A stretch of DNA of 64,000 bases from an uncultured Chloroflexia bacterium (GTDB lineage Bacteria; Chloroflexota; Chloroflexia; QHBQ01; JADMIH01): positions 480,001 through 544,000 of the forward strand of contig CAWCNY010000006.1 of assembly GCA_963797095.1 (NCBI GenBank), in the 5' to 3' direction. Positions 20,155 to 30,882 of this stretch are shown here, in pieces. Made by a program: the position numbers and the translations under genes. The notes below the pieces were generated by a model. That model did no database searches. It was not told the DNA's origin and saw only the letters and a program-made list of their open reading frames with translations. How positions within the stretch are numbered: the stretch's first letter is position 1; the number at the start of each line of letters is the position of its first letter.

Positions 20155-20532
20155 TTAACAGGGGTTGTATGTGGGAATGTCCTCTATTCGATAAAACACC
20201 TGCTGCCCCAGCGAGCGAGCAAGGTCTACCATACCATCCGCTCCCGCAGATGGCCCGCCAATGCGCAAGCATGCATCGCAGCGAGTAGCGATAGCATGCG
20301 CCACAGGGTGGAAGATCTCCGTGAATATCTCATCGCCCAGGCCTTTGGACTCCGCTGTTTCGATAAGCGGCAGCGCCAACCACTCACCGAGCATGGGGAT
20401 GTGGCCCATATGGTACACCGCGAGGGCAGCCCGGTTCATCGCCTCCACGTTTTCGGCGATCAACTTTGGGTCATCGTTGGGGCCGGATCGGTATGGCCCG
20501 GCGATCAGGATCATCAGTTGTTTATCTTGCAC
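20155..20532 (-). CDS. DUF4406/nucleoside 2-deoxyribosyltransferase-like small protein
   Basis: ILIAGPYRSG...RCDACLRIGGPSAGAD. GTG 20532 chosen to avoid overlap with metG. Confidence 0.7.
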   Translation of the reverse strand: MQDKQLMILIAGPYRSGPNDDPKLIAENVEAMNRAALAVYHMGHIPMLGEWLALPLIETAESKGLGDEIFTEIFHPVAHAIATRCDACLRIGGPSAGADGMVDLARSLGQQVFYRIEDIPTYNPC

Positions 20533-20555
20533 AATGCTTACCTGTGTGCATGCCC

Positions 20556-22391
20556 CTACCACTTTTCGCCCAGTTCCTGGCGGGTCCTTATCTGGTCCTC
20601 GAAGATCACCACCTGCTCTTGCGGGCGGTCCTCGGTGATCTGGCCCTCGGGGTCCTGCCACGGCCTCCCCAGGATCTCGTTCTCCACCTCTATGTTGGCA
20701 TCATCCAGCTTATCGAACAAGGGTGTTGGCTCGATGTCAATCTTCTGCCCGGCAGGCAGCGTGACACCTGCCCACCTCTCTTTCGATACATCTCCTTCGT
20801 AGCCAAGCATCTCGTGCAGCTTTTGCGCCGAGAACGGTAAGAAGGGTGCGGTAAGCACCTTCAGGTTGTTGATCACCGACAGGACCACATACAGCGATGT
20901 GGCAGCCCGTTCTCGGTCTGTCTTGATAGTCTTCCAGGGCGCGGTTTCGTCCAGGTAGCGGTTGGCCTCTCCAGCCAAGGCCATCACCTCGCGCAACGCA
21001 TCCTTGAATTTGCACAACTCGAGCAGGCCTCCCACTTTGTCAAACGTGGCCTCGGTGCTTTCAAGCAGCGCCTTGTCTGCCTCGTTGAGATCGCCCGGCG
21101 TGGGCACGGTCGCGTCGAAGTTGCGTGCCGTGAAGGTCAGCATGCGGTGTACCAGGTTGCCGTATGTAGCTACCAACTCGTCGTTGTTGCGGCGGTAGAA
21201 CTCGGCCCACGAAAACGCGGTGTCGCGTGTCTCGGGTGCGTTGGCTGTGAGGAAGTAGCGCAGCGGATCGGGCTTGTACCGATCCAGGTAGTCCGGCAAC
21301 CACGGCACGCCCCCGCCGCCGCGAGATGTGCTCCCTTTCTCTCCCGTTTCGCCGGTCAGGAACTCGTTGGCGGGTATGTCGTAGGGAAGCATGTGCCCCC
21401 CGTACCCGATCAGCATGGAAGGCCAGATGATCGCGTGGAATGAGATATTGTCCTTGCCAATGAAGTAATACGAGCGGCTTGGCGCGGGCTTGCCCTCCTC
21501 CTGGAGCCACCACTCTTTCCATGCATCGGCGTCGCCCCTGAGCATGGCCCACTCTTTGGCGGCAGATAGGTATCCGCACACCGCGTCAAACCACACATAG
21601 ATGCGCTTGTCCTCTTGATGATCGAGATGCTCGCCAACCTCAGGGATCGGCACGCCGTAATTAAGGTCGCGTGTGTAAGCGCGTGCTCTCAGCCCTTCGC
21701 GTATCCAGTTGAAGGCGAAGCCCGCCACGTTAGGCCGCAACTGGTCCTTCTTAGTGTCGAGCCATCCGAGAAGTGGTCCCTCTAACTTGGGCAGATCGAG
21801 GAAGAAGTGCTCGCTCTGGCGGAATTCGGGTGTGCTGCCGCACAATCGACACCGAATATTTATCAAGTCGATAGGATCGAGCGGTCGTCCGCAATTATCG
21901 CACTGGTCGCCGCGCGCGAACTGGTAACCGCAGTAGGGGCAGGTGCCCTCGACATAGCGGTCAGGCAAGAAGCGCTTGTCTACCAGGCAATAGGGCGCTA
22001 TGGTGCTATCCTTATATACATATCCCTTCTCAAATAGAGTGCGGAAGATATCCTGCACCACCTCTATGTGGATGGGCGTGGAAGTGGTGCTGAACAGGTC
22101 ATAGGTGAAGCCCATCGCGTGCCACAGTTGGACGTTGAGCCGGTGCATACGCGCAGCCCAGGTAGCAGGGGAGACGTTCGCTCCCTCGGCGGCCACCATT
22201 ATAGGGGTGCCGTTCATGTCGGAGCCGGATACCATCAGCACGCGGTTCCCCTTCATGCGGTGGTAGCGTGCGAAGATATCGGGTGGCAAATATGCTCCCG
22301 CGATGTGGCCCAGGTGGCGCGGCCCGCTTGCGTAAGGCCACGCGACGGCGATAAAGATCTTTTCTGGTTCGTGATTAGTCTTGTCTGTCAT
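20556..22391 (-). CDS. metG: Methionine--tRNA ligase (no C-terminal tRNA-binding domain)
   Basis: AWPYASGPRHLGH, Zn knuckles (CPYC, GDQCDNCG), YVWFDA, FIGKDNISFH, KGSTSRG (KMSKS equivalent). Confidence 0.96.
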   Translation of the reverse strand: MTDKTNHEPEKIFIAVAWPYASGPRHLGHIAGAYLPPDIFARYHRMKGNRVLMVSGSDMNGTPIMVAAEGANVSPATWAARMHRLNVQLWHAMGFTYDLFSTTSTPIHIEVVQDIFRTLFEKGYVYKDSTIAPYCLVDKRFLPDRYVEGTCPYCGYQFARGDQCDNCGRPLDPIDLINIRCRLCGSTPEFRQSEHFFLDLPKLEGPLLGWLDTKKDQLRPNVAGFAFNWIREGLRARAYTRDLNYGVPIPEVGEHLDHQEDKRIYVWFDAVCGYLSAAKEWAMLRGDADAWKEWWLQEEGKPAPSRSYYFIGKDNISFHAIIWPSMLIGYGGHMLPYDIPANEFLTGETGEKGSTSRGGGGVPWLPDYLDRYKPDPLRYFLTANAPETRDTAFSWAEFYRRNNDELVATYGNLVHRMLTFTARNFDATVPTPGDLNEADKALLESTEATFDKVGGLLELCKFKDALREVMALAGEANRYLDETAPWKTIKTDRERAATSLYVVLSVINNLKVLTAPFLPFSAQKLHEMLGYEGDVSKERWAGVTLPAGQKIDIEPTPLFDKLDDANIEVENEILGRPWQDPEGQITEDRPQEQVVIFEDQIRTRQELGEKW

Positions 22392-22608
22392 AGATATTTT
22401 ATTCTTGAATATCGGAATGAGAATTGGTTTTGTGCGTGCGCATAAAATGGGGCGTACAGAATATTATATAACATCCGGCAAGTTGATGCGCGCTATCCCC
22501 GCACGGCGTACCCCCTGCTCCCAAAAAATCACCCGAAAGTATGAGTAGAATCCTGTCCCGGATCGTCTGGCAATTGCCATTATTAAAGTAGAGGGAGAAA
22601 AAGGACGG

Positions 22609-23466
22609 TTATCGCTGGCCTGTGCTAGCTGGCTTGCGCTTGTACAACCCACGCAAATCGTTCATCCGCACCTTCGCGATGTCCTTCAGCATCCGGTACG
22701 AGTCCTTGATCGGGTTGACGTTCGCGCCCTTTGAGTAGAACCAGCGCACGGGCACTTCCTTCACCTTGTAGCCCCATTTGAGGGCCAAATAGAGCACCTC
22801 AACGTCAAATCCCGTTACCATAGCGCCCTGCACATCGGGCGTGTTATCGCCATAGAGATGCACAGCCTTGAACAACAGATGGGCCGCATCACGCCGGAAC
22901 GCTTTGAACCCGCATTGGGTATCGCTGAACTGCGGAAGAGCCACTAACTTCACAAAGGTGTTGAACACGCGGCCCATCAGGTGGCGGTAGAAAGGCTCGT
23001 CATACCGGACCGACCCCTTGCCCTCCCGCGACCCCATAGCAATGTCATACTTGCCTTCGAGGTACTTAAGTAGCTTCTCAACTTCTTCTATAGGCGCGGA
23101 GAAATCGGCGTCCGAATAGAGGATGTAGCTGCCACTTGCCGCCAGCATTCCCGTGCGAACGGCGTAGCCCTTGCCCCGGTGGGGGTTTCTTATGATGCGG
23201 ATCGCCGACTGTTCTGAGCGGAGTGTCGTATCGGCGGCGAATTGTTCCGCCAGTTGCGCCGTGTCATCGTCGGAACCATCGTCCACCACGATCACTTCAT
23301 AGGAGTAGCTCCTGCCCTCCAGGTAATCAATCACCTTGCTGAGCGACGCAGGCAGGCGGGTCAACTCGTTGTAGGCTGGGATGACAACCGATAAATAGAG
23401 GCCATCCGGTTGCGGACCGTCGGTTGTAGGTGGTTGGTTGTCGGTTTGGGGCTGGGCGCTCGTCAT
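22609..23466 (-). CDS. GT2 polyprenyl-phosphate glycosyltransferase (dolichyl-phosphate beta-glucosyltransferase-like)
   Basis: SVVIPAYNE, VVDDGSDD, GKGYAVRTG, DAD, DTQCGFKAF, FDVEVL. Confidence 0.9.
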   Translation of the reverse strand: MTSAQPQTDNQPPTTDGPQPDGLYLSVVIPAYNELTRLPASLSKVIDYLEGRSYSYEVIVVDDGSDDDTAQLAEQFAADTTLRSEQSAIRIIRNPHRGKGYAVRTGMLAASGSYILYSDADFSAPIEEVEKLLKYLEGKYDIAMGSREGKGSVRYDEPFYRHLMGRVFNTFVKLVALPQFSDTQCGFKAFRRDAAHLLFKAVHLYGDNTPDVQGAMVTGFDVEVLYLALKWGYKVKEVPVRWFYSKGANVNPIKDSYRMLKDIAKVRMNDLRGLYKRKPASTGQR

Positions 23467-23670
23467 GCGGGCTGGGACCTCTAGCGCGTGAATACGCGCC
23501 CGTCAGTGGGCGGGGCGCGCTGGGAAGAGTATAACACAGGGGATATAGAGGCGCAAAGTAACTCGCCAGGGGCTATTCCGGATGCTGTACACTAGTTGCG
23601 AATGGGTAGAGACCCAGAGCTATCATTGTCGTACGTCTTCCTTCGGCGAGGATTCGGAAAGGGTGCAAGT

Positions 23671-25467
23671 ATGTATTCAATGCGTGAGCACACTCATATA
23701 AGACGCACAGTCTGGTTCGCTATCACATTGGCAGCCCTGGCATGGATGCTGTTCATGCTGACGCAAGCGCACAATGTGAGCGCCGGATCAACTCCTCTTG
23801 GGAGCGCCACAGAGACGGCATCGCCCACGATCACGCCTGCTCCCGGCTGTTCGTCTACCTGGATTGAAAAGGCCCCCCTCCCGAGAGGGGTTATGGGTGA
23901 GTCGGTCGCGGTGAGCGGCGGCTACCTCTACAGCCTCGGTGGGCGCGATTTCACCTACACCAATCTAGCTACCACCTCCCGCTACGACCCAGCAACCGAT
24001 AGCTGGATCGGATTGGCCGATATGCCTGCTCCGCGCAACTGGGCTGCGGCGACCGCGCTCGGCGGCTACATCTACCTAGTGAATGGCTCCGAGGGGGCGG
24101 GCCCTTTGAACACCGTCTTCCGTTACGACATAGCAGGCGACTCTTGGACCGCTATCACACCGACGCTTGGGTATACCTACGGGCCTGCGGTCGTGGCTCT
24201 CAATAATAATATCTACAGGATCGGCGGGCTGGACGACCAGGGCGTATTCACAAGCAGCGTGGAAATACTGGGACAGGGTTTTGTCGCGCCAATGCCTGAG
24301 GGGCGTGCCTGGGAAGCGGCAGTGGCCCTCGATGGTTATATCTATGTGGCCGGGGGTAGCGGCAAAATCGGCTACTCGAACAAGACATTCCGGTACGACC
24401 CATCCACTGATAGCTGGAGCGACACCGCTATCGCCGACCTGCCCGAAGTTAAGGCGTTTTCGGCGGCGGGTGCGCTGGATGGGCAATTCGTAGTAGCAGG
24501 TGGCGGCGATGACTACAGTAGTGTATGGGCCTGGGATCCTCTTAGCGATACATGGGAGAGCCTGCCGCCCCTGCTCTATCCCCGGTTCAATATGCCGGGC
24601 GCTGTACTGGGGAACGTGATGCATGTGCTTGGCGGCATCAATGACACGCTGCCAACCGATACACACCAGCAGTACGAAGCACCGGTGTGCCCCACCGCCA
24701 CCCCAACGGCCACAATCAGCCCCACGGGCACATCTACGCCATCAGTCACAAGCACCGCCACCGCAACGGCTACAAGCACTTCAACCCCAACGTCTACCAT
24801 CATCGCAACAGCAACAACCGGCCCATCATCTACGCCCACAATATGTCCCATCCAGTTCAGTGATGTACCCACACAGCACACTTTCTATCCCTATATCCGC
24901 TGTCTGGCTTGCCTGGGCATAGTGTCCGGTTACGATGACGGCACATTCAGGCCCGGAAACAACGTCACCAGAGGTCAGATAGCGAAGATCGTATCGAACG
25001 GCGCGGGATTCGCGGAACCTGTCAGCACATGGACATTCGAGGACGTGCCGCCCGGCTCGACCTTCTACATATTCACGGAGAGGCTGGCAAGCCGAGGCAT
25101 CATGCAAGGGTACCCCTGCGGCAACCCTGAGCCGTGCGTTGGCCCAACAAACCGCCCCTACTTCAGGCCCAACAGCAACGCCACCAGGGGCCAGCTAACC
25201 AAGATAGTCTCCCGGGCCGCAGGGTTCGCAGACCCACCCTCATCCCAAACCTTCGAGGATGTGCCGCCCGGCTCGACCTTCTACACATCCACGGAGAGGC
25301 TGGCAAGCCGAGGCATCATGCAAGGGTACCCCTGCGGCAACCCTGAGCCGTGTGTGCCGCCCCTCCAAAGGCCATATTTTAGGCCAGGCAACAGCGTAAC
25401 GCGAGGCCAGACGACCAAGATCGTTGCCAACACATTCTTCCCCGATTGCAACACTCCATCTCGCTAG
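23671..25467 (+). CDS. Secreted kelch beta-propeller + Thr-rich linker + 3 SLH domains
   Basis: Signal peptide, GG-containing kelch repeats, PTAT linker, [14 protein letters not shown] motifs. ATG 23671 preferred. Confidence 0.88.
   Translation: MYSMREHTHIRRTVWFAITLAALAWMLFMLTQAHNVSAGSTPLGSATETASPTITPAPGCSSTWIEKAPLPRGVMGESVAVSGGYLYSLGGRDFTYTNLATTSRYDPATDSWIGLADMPAPRNWAAATALGGYIYLVNGSEGAGPLNTVFRYDIAGDSWTAITPTLGYTYGPAVVALNNNIYRIGGLDDQGVFTSSVEILGQGFVAPMPEGRAWEAAVALDGYIYVAGGSGKIGYSNKTFRYDPSTDSWSDTAIADLPEVKAFSAAGALDGQFVVAGGGDDYSSVWAWDPLSDTWESLPPLLYPRFNMPGAVLGNVMHVLGGINDTLPTDTHQQYEAPVCPTATPTATISPTGTSTPSVTSTATATATSTSTPTSTIIATATTGPSSTPTICPIQFSDVPTQHTFYPYIRCLACLGIVSGYDDGTFRPGNNVTRGQIAKIVSNGAGFAEPVSTWTFEDVPPGSTFYIFTERLASRGIMQGYPCGNPEPCVGPTNRPYFRPNSNATRGQLTKIVSRAAGFADPPSSQTFEDVPPGSTFYTSTERLASRGIMQGYPCGNPEPCVPPLQRPYFRPGNSVTRGQTTKIVANTFFPDCNTPSR
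25036..25352 (+). repeat. 101-bp near-identical direct repeat within the SLH coding region
   Basis: 25036-25136 vs 25252-25352, about 3 mismatches, 216 bp apart. Confidence 0.85.
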
Positions 25468-25688
25468 GAGTGAGCACTCAGGGTTGATTGTGGATAAGTA
25501 GCGTTAGTAATAATGGGGGATAGCGAACGTGGACACCGTGGTATATATGGGGGATAGTGGACAGGGATGATGCGGGTTTATAATGAGTGCGTTCGCCTGG
25601 ATGGTGGCGCACCCGTGGTCTGTGCGCCAGGTGGTCGGGGGTGGTTGGGCAATAGATGTTCCCAAAGAGCGAGCTTTGAGGTAACCAT

Positions 25689-28064
25689 ATGGCGCAAAAT
25701 AATACGGGGATGCAGAGCGCACTTTTTCGGCTATTCATATTCTGTCTGATTCTTGTTGTGCCGCTGCTGATACTTGGAAGCAGCGCCATCTCTTCGGCGG
25801 TCGCATCGGCTCCGTTGCCGGGCAATGGTGCGCCGGCCAATCAGGTGAAGCGAGCGGATAACCCTTATCAGACGACGCATAGCACCGACGACAAACTTCC
25901 TCCCCAGGCAGGCGGCACCACTACGCCATATCCCGGTGGCGACAAGTTCAACTCGACATCTGATAATATTTCCGGCGGTACAACTACTCCCACAGCCACG
26001 CCTACCCTCTGCAACGCCAACTACAATTACGTCATAGCCACCTCAACAGCCACCATTGTCCCAGGGACATTTGATATCGGTAACAACACCGACGAAGGCA
26101 CCACCTTTGTTAGCTTGCCGTTTGATTTCAGGCTCTATGATCAGACATTCAGTGGAGTTACGGTCTCCTCGAATGGCACTGCGGAATTTGACAGCGAAAT
26201 TGGTTATTACGAGAATGACTGTCTCCCATCTTTCAACATACCCACCTACGCTATCTACCCCTACTGGGATGATCAGCGCACCGATGGTACTTGCTCAGGC
26301 GTGCCCTGCGGTATCTACACGTCCATAACGGGCATCGCCCCAAATCGAATATTCAATATAGAGTGGCGTACACGCTATTTCTCCGGTGGTGGCACGGCTC
26401 ATTACGAGTTGAGGTTGTATGAGACTTCAACCAACGCGCGATTCGACATAATATACGATCTTATAGGCCAGGGGAATGGCAGCGCCACTACAGGCGTGCA
26501 GAAGAATAGCTCTCTACATACGCAATACTTCTGCAACGGCGGCGGTGGCACACCCTCCATAGGCTTAATGCTCGTCTTTACCCAGCCGCCCTGCATGACG
26601 GCTACTCCATCGCCAACCAACACCCCTTTGGGTGCGACCAACACCCCCACGCGCACCAATACACCACCTTCCACCAATACGCCCACGCGCACTAACACAT
26701 CTACAGCCACCAACACCCCCACTCGCACCAGTACTTCCACTGCTACCAATACCCCGACCAGAACTAACACATCAGTGCCTGCCACCAGCACATCTACACG
26801 CACCAATACATCTACGGCTACCAGTACACCAACCAGAACTAACACACCGCTGCCTGGCACCAACACAGCAACTCGGACTAACACGCCACTACCTGCTACC
26901 AATACCCCGACGCGCACTAACACACCCATAGGAGCGACCAATACTCCAACACCTACTGACACACCTGCCAATACCTCGACCAATACGGCCACAATCACCC
27001 CAGGACCGAGTAGCACTCCTACCAGTACAAGCACCGGTACGGCCACACCACCGCCGAGCGATACGCCTACGCTGACCTCCACTCCTACGGTGACCGACAC
27101 ACCACTACCTACGCAAACCCCCGGTGGACCAACCGCCACGCCTGTGCCTACGGACACCCGCACCAGCACGGCCACTCACACCCCACCGCCAACCGGCACC
27201 CCAACGCGCACTCAAACCAACTCTCCAACACGTACGCCAACACGCACTCCAACTAATTCTCGTACCGCCACTCCCACTCGCACCCCAACGCGCACGCATA
27301 CCCCTCTACCAAACACATCCACATCCACGCCCATTCCTCCTAGCCCAACCGAGATGGCTCCCACCGAGACCGTCCCACCGTCAGCCACGGCGACCAATAC
27401 TTCGGTGCCGCCCACGCCTACCCCCACCTCATGTTCACTGCACTTCACCGATGTTCTGCCCGGTAATACTTTCTACGACAACATCAGGTGCCTTGCTTGC
27501 CGTGGCATTATCAATGGGTATTCGTCAGACTGCGAAACAGGCAATCCGTGCTTCAAGCCGGGCAACAACGTGACCAGGGGACAGCTTGCAAAGATCGTAG
27601 CGAACGCGGCTGGCTTCAACGATACTGCGATTGACCAGCAATTCGAGGATGTGCCCCCCGGATCTACTTTCTTCAGTTACGTATGGCGGCTTGCCGACAG
27701 AGGCTACATCTCAGGCTACCCATGCGGCGGGCCAGGGGAGCCATGTCTTACCGGCTTGCCATACTTTAGGCCAAACGCCAACATCACCAGGGGCCAACTC
27801 TCCAAGATCGTAGCGAACGCGGCGGGCTTCAACGAGACCACAGGCGCGCAGCAATTCCAGGATGTAGCGCCCAACTCCACTTTCTTCGCCTTCATCTGGC
27901 GTCTGGTCAATAGGAGCATAATGTCAGGCTACCCATGTGGCGGGCCTGGAGAGCCTTGTGGCAGCAGCGGCTTGCCTTACTTCCGCCCGGGCGCGAACGC
28001 CACCAGAGGGCAGGCAAGCAAGATTGTGGCAAATACCTTCCTCCCTGGCTGCGATACCCCATAA
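25689..28064 (+). CDS. Secreted S-layer-associated protein: nidogen/NIDO-like domain, long TNTPTRTNT linker, 3 SLH domains
   Basis: Signal peptide; LPFDFRLY...VSSNG...IYPYWDD motif; about 280-aa Thr/Pro repeat; SLH repeats TRGQ with [11 protein letters not shown]. Confidence 0.87.
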   Translation: MAQNNTGMQSALFRLFIFCLILVVPLLILGSSAISSAVASAPLPGNGAPANQVKRADNPYQTTHSTDDKLPPQAGGTTTPYPGGDKFNSTSDNISGGTTTPTATPTLCNANYNYVIATSTATIVPGTFDIGNNTDEGTTFVSLPFDFRLYDQTFSGVTVSSNGTAEFDSEIGYYENDCLPSFNIPTYAIYPYWDDQRTDGTCSGVPCGIYTSITGIAPNRIFNIEWRTRYFSGGGTAHYELRLYETSTNARFDIIYDLIGQGNGSATTGVQKNSSLHTQYFCNGGGGTPSIGLMLVFTQPPCMTATPSPTNTPLGATNTPTRTNTPPSTNTPTRTNTSTATNTPTRTSTSTATNTPTRTNTSVPATSTSTRTNTSTATSTPTRTNTPLPGTNTATRTNTPLPATNTPTRTNTPIGATNTPTPTDTPANTSTNTATITPGPSSTPTSTSTGTATPPPSDTPTLTSTPTVTDTPLPTQTPGGPTATPVPTDTRTSTATHTPPPTGTPTRTQTNSPTRTPTRTPTNSRTATPTRTPTRTHTPLPNTSTSTPIPPSPTEMAPTETVPPSATATNTSVPPTPTPTSCSLHFTDVLPGNTFYDNIRCLACRGIINGYSSDCETGNPCFKPGNNVTRGQLAKIVANAAGFNDTAIDQQFEDVPPGSTFFSYVWRLADRGYISGYPCGGPGEPCLTGLPYFRPNANITRGQLSKIVANAAGFNETTGAQQFQDVAPNSTFFAFIWRLVNRSIMSGYPCGGPGEPCGSSGLPYFRPGANATRGQASKIVANTFLPGCDTP

Positions 28065-28090
28065 GGGAGCTACCCATCCTGCATCTGATC

Positions 28091-28139
28091 CCGAGACAAA
28101 TAAGATTGGCGGTTTTGCTGCCAATCTTATTTGTCTCGG
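28091..28139. repeat. Palindromic element, family member D (20-bp perfect arms)
   Basis: CCGAGACAAATAAGATTGGC-GGTTTTGCT-GCCAATCTTATTTGTCTCGG, preceded by ATCTGAT as members A and C are preceded by ATCTG. Confidence 0.85.
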
Positions 28140-28280
28140 AACTCCATCCTTCCCAATTCGGGGACGAACCACCTGCAAACAGGCGGTGTATTCTCTACAA
28201 TACTGCCACGGCCCGCACACCACGCTGGGCCTGTGATCCTCCCCCTACTCGCCGGCACCCACATGCAGGAGGTAACCCTG

Positions 28281-29924
28281 ATGGTCATACACCACCGAGG
28301 TCTATTCAGCGCTGTGCTTTCTACTCTGCTGGCCGCCATGATTTGCGGCTCCTTTCCATCAGCGCGCACATCGGCCATGATCGCCACCAGCAGCCGTACT
28401 TTCCCCGAAACGGGAAAGACAGTGCAGGAAAGGTTCCTCGAATACTGGGATGAGCACGGCGGCTTACCACAACAGGGCTACCCCATCTCCGATGAGCTTC
28501 AAGAAAAGAGCGATACCGACGGCAAGACTTACACCGTCCAGTACTTCGAGCGCGCTTTGTTTGAGTTGCACCCTGAGAACGAACCTCCAAACGATGTCCT
28601 CCTGGCGCTCCTTGGCAACTTCCTTTACAACCGCAAGTACCCCTCTGGCGCACCTGTCCAGACGCCCAACAACGAGCCGGGGTCGCAGGCATTCTCTCAG
28701 ACGAATAAGCGCCTGGGCGGGGTCTTCCTGCAATACTGGCAAGAGCATGGTGGGTTGGCTCAGCAGGGCTATCCGATCTCCGATGAGTTTGTGGAGGCCA
28801 GCGACCTGGATGGTAAACCCTACACCGTCCAGTACTTCGAAAGGGCCGTCTTCGAGAAGCATCCGGAAAATACGGGCACACCCTACGAAGTGCTCTTATC
28901 CCAGCTGGGCACCTTCCGCTACCGGGACAATTACACCACTCCCTCTCCAACCCCAACACCTGCTTCTCAAGCCACTCAGCCTGTTCCGGCGGGTACAATT
29001 CCATCGGCCAGGGCAGGACACGACCTCGTCTACGATGACGCTCTCAAAATGGTGCTACTGGTGAACGGAGAGGACGCCGCCGGGGAGCCGGATGGCACAC
29101 CAAGCAAAATCTGGGGGTGGGACGGGTATCAGTGGAAAATCGTCAGCGCGGATGGCCCTCCTGTGCGCTCGCTGGGTGGCGTCGCCTACGATCCTGACCG
29201 CAACATGCTTGTGCTGTACGGTGGCAGCACCAAAACCACCAGCTATGACGAGACATGGGAGTGGGACGGCTCAACTTGGCGAAAGAACGATACAGAGGGA
29301 ATCGGCTTCTGGCACCACGGCTCGATGGCTTACGACAGCGCCCTACATCAAATCGTCCTGTACGGGGGCAACTTGCAGGCGACTGCCTCCACGCAAAGCA
29401 ATATCTCGTTCCCTGCGGAGACCTGGTCGTGGGATGGCGCGGCCTGGCAGCAGTCTTCCGCCCCCGGTCTGGGGGCGCGCTACCATTATGCTATGACCTA
29501 CGACAGCATACGAGATAACGTGCTGCTCTTTGGAGGTTCCTCCCATTCCCGCGACTTCAACGACCTGTGGGCCTGGGACGGCTCCACCTGGACCAAATAC
29601 TCACCAGGTGGCCCTGCTCCTTCGTCCCGCGTCGCGGCCCGGATGGCATTTGACGAACGCAGCGGTAAGGCGGTCCTTTTTGGCGGTCTCACCCCAGCCT
29701 ACACTGACCTGGACGACACCTGGACGTGGGATGGTACCCGGTGGACCCTGGTAGATTTTCCGGGCCCCAAGCCACCAGCCAGGAGTCACCATGCGATGGC
29801 CTACGACAAGCAGCGAGGGCGCATAGTCCTCTTTGGTGGTGTCACAGGCGAAATGCAGGCAATACAGCTTCAAGACACCTGGGAGTGGGATGGTGCCACC
29901 TGGGCAAAAGTATCAGGCCCATGA
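28281..29924 (+). CDS. Secreted protein: two FPETG/GYPISDE/QYFER repeats + kelch-like propeller
   Basis: RTFPETGKTV...QQGYPISDE...VQYFERA twice; DTWEWDG repeats; ATG 28281 follows AGGAGG. Confidence 0.85.
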   Translation: MVIHHRGLFSAVLSTLLAAMICGSFPSARTSAMIATSSRTFPETGKTVQERFLEYWDEHGGLPQQGYPISDELQEKSDTDGKTYTVQYFERALFELHPENEPPNDVLLALLGNFLYNRKYPSGAPVQTPNNEPGSQAFSQTNKRLGGVFLQYWQEHGGLAQQGYPISDEFVEASDLDGKPYTVQYFERAVFEKHPENTGTPYEVLLSQLGTFRYRDNYTTPSPTPTPASQATQPVPAGTIPSARAGHDLVYDDALKMVLLVNGEDAAGEPDGTPSKIWGWDGYQWKIVSADGPPVRSLGGVAYDPDRNMLVLYGGSTKTTSYDETWEWDGSTWRKNDTEGIGFWHHGSMAYDSALHQIVLYGGNLQATASTQSNISFPAETWSWDGAAWQQSSAPGLGARYHYAMTYDSIRDNVLLFGGSSHSRDFNDLWAWDGSTWTKYSPGGPAPSSRVAARMAFDERSGKAVLFGGLTPAYTDLDDTWTWDGTRWTLVDFPGPKPPARSHHAMAYDKQRGRIVLFGGVTGEMQAIQLQDTWEWDGATWAKVSGP

Positions 29925-29988
29925 TAACTCTTCTCGAATCTAGTAGAATATAGATATCAACCACAAATGAGGAGGGTACAGGGCCTGG

Positions 29989-30477
29989 ATGCCAATCTAT
30001 GAGTATAGATGCCCCGACTGCAAGCGCCGGGTGAGCATCTTCTTCACCAGCTTCAGCGCCGCCGATAGGCGTACTGAGGCCGGGGATGTCGAGTGCCCCA
30101 GGTGCGGCGGCAAGCGGTTATCCCGCTTGATATCCAAAGTGAATATGGTCAGGGGTGGCTCAGCCAACGGGGCCGACGATACTGCCTTCGACGACATGGG
30201 TGACGATGCTATGGGCGACATGGATGGTATGGGCGGTATGGACAAGATGTTCGAAGGTCTGGACGACGAAGATCCCCGCTCTGTAGCTCGCTGGGCGCGC
30301 CAGATGAAAGAAAGCATGGGCGACGAAATGGATCTGGGGCCGGAGTTCGACCAGGCGCTGGCTCGCATCGAATCAGGCGAGGACCCCGATAGAGTAATGG
30401 ACGATATGGACCCCGAGGCCCTCGGCGGCCCGGGCGGTGACGAAGGCGATGATGGCGACTTCGATAGCGATTTTTGA
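29989..30477 (+). CDS. FmdB-family zinc-ribbon protein
   Basis: MPIYEYRCPDC...CPRCGG; acidic C-terminus DEDPRSVARWAR. Confidence 0.88.
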   Translation: MPIYEYRCPDCKRRVSIFFTSFSAADRRTEAGDVECPRCGGKRLSRLISKVNMVRGGSANGADDTAFDDMGDDAMGDMDGMGGMDKMFEGLDDEDPRSVARWARQMKESMGDEMDLGPEFDQALARIESGEDPDRVMDDMDPEALGGPGGDEGDDGDFDSDF

Positions 30478-30518
30478 TCCTCTATTCCTGAAAAGCCTCT
30501 TCCCAATCTAGGGATCGG

Positions 30519-30785
30519 TTACTGAAGTAGAAGCTCGAAATGCACGTGATCTCCCTCTTCTACGCCTGTGCCTGTTAGTCTGGTCCACAGGTGTTGAGCC
30601 AAGAGCAAGCTCTTTTCGCCGATCAGCGCGGTGGCCACACTGCCTACCACGAATCCGAAGGCTACACCGAGCAGACCTATCAGCACATAATTGCCCGTAG
30701 CCGACTTCGGAGCTATGGCGACGCTAATCGCCGGGCGTTTCTGGTTGCCTATATTCAGAGTACCATGTTCCGTTTTGACCTGCAT
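30519..30785 (-). CDS. Small hypothetical membrane protein
   Basis: 88 aa with one Gly-rich TM segment; lies downstream of rsfS on the same strand. Confidence 0.6.
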   Translation of the reverse strand: MQVKTEHGTLNIGNQKRPAISVAIAPKSATGNYVLIGLLGVAFGFVVGSVATALIGEKSLLLAQHLWTRLTGTGVEEGDHVHFELLLQ

Positions 30786-30882
30786 CGCTCTACCCCCGGC
30801 ACGTCATTGTGCGTGCGACATCAACTAATTGCATAGTGCATGCTGCAAACTGCGTCTGCTTATGATCCGCTACGTTCTTATG

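Noticed and set aside
22392-22608. T-box or SAM riboswitch upstream of metG
   Set aside because: No GGTGGNACCGCG T-box motif or S-box core was found.
25489-25497. DnaA box (TGTGGATAA) indicating an origin
   Set aside because: A single box with no cluster and no dnaA/dnaN context.
26402-27175. 257-aa Val/Gly-rich antisense ORF
   Set aside because: Shadow of the Thr/Pro repeat linker on the opposite strand.
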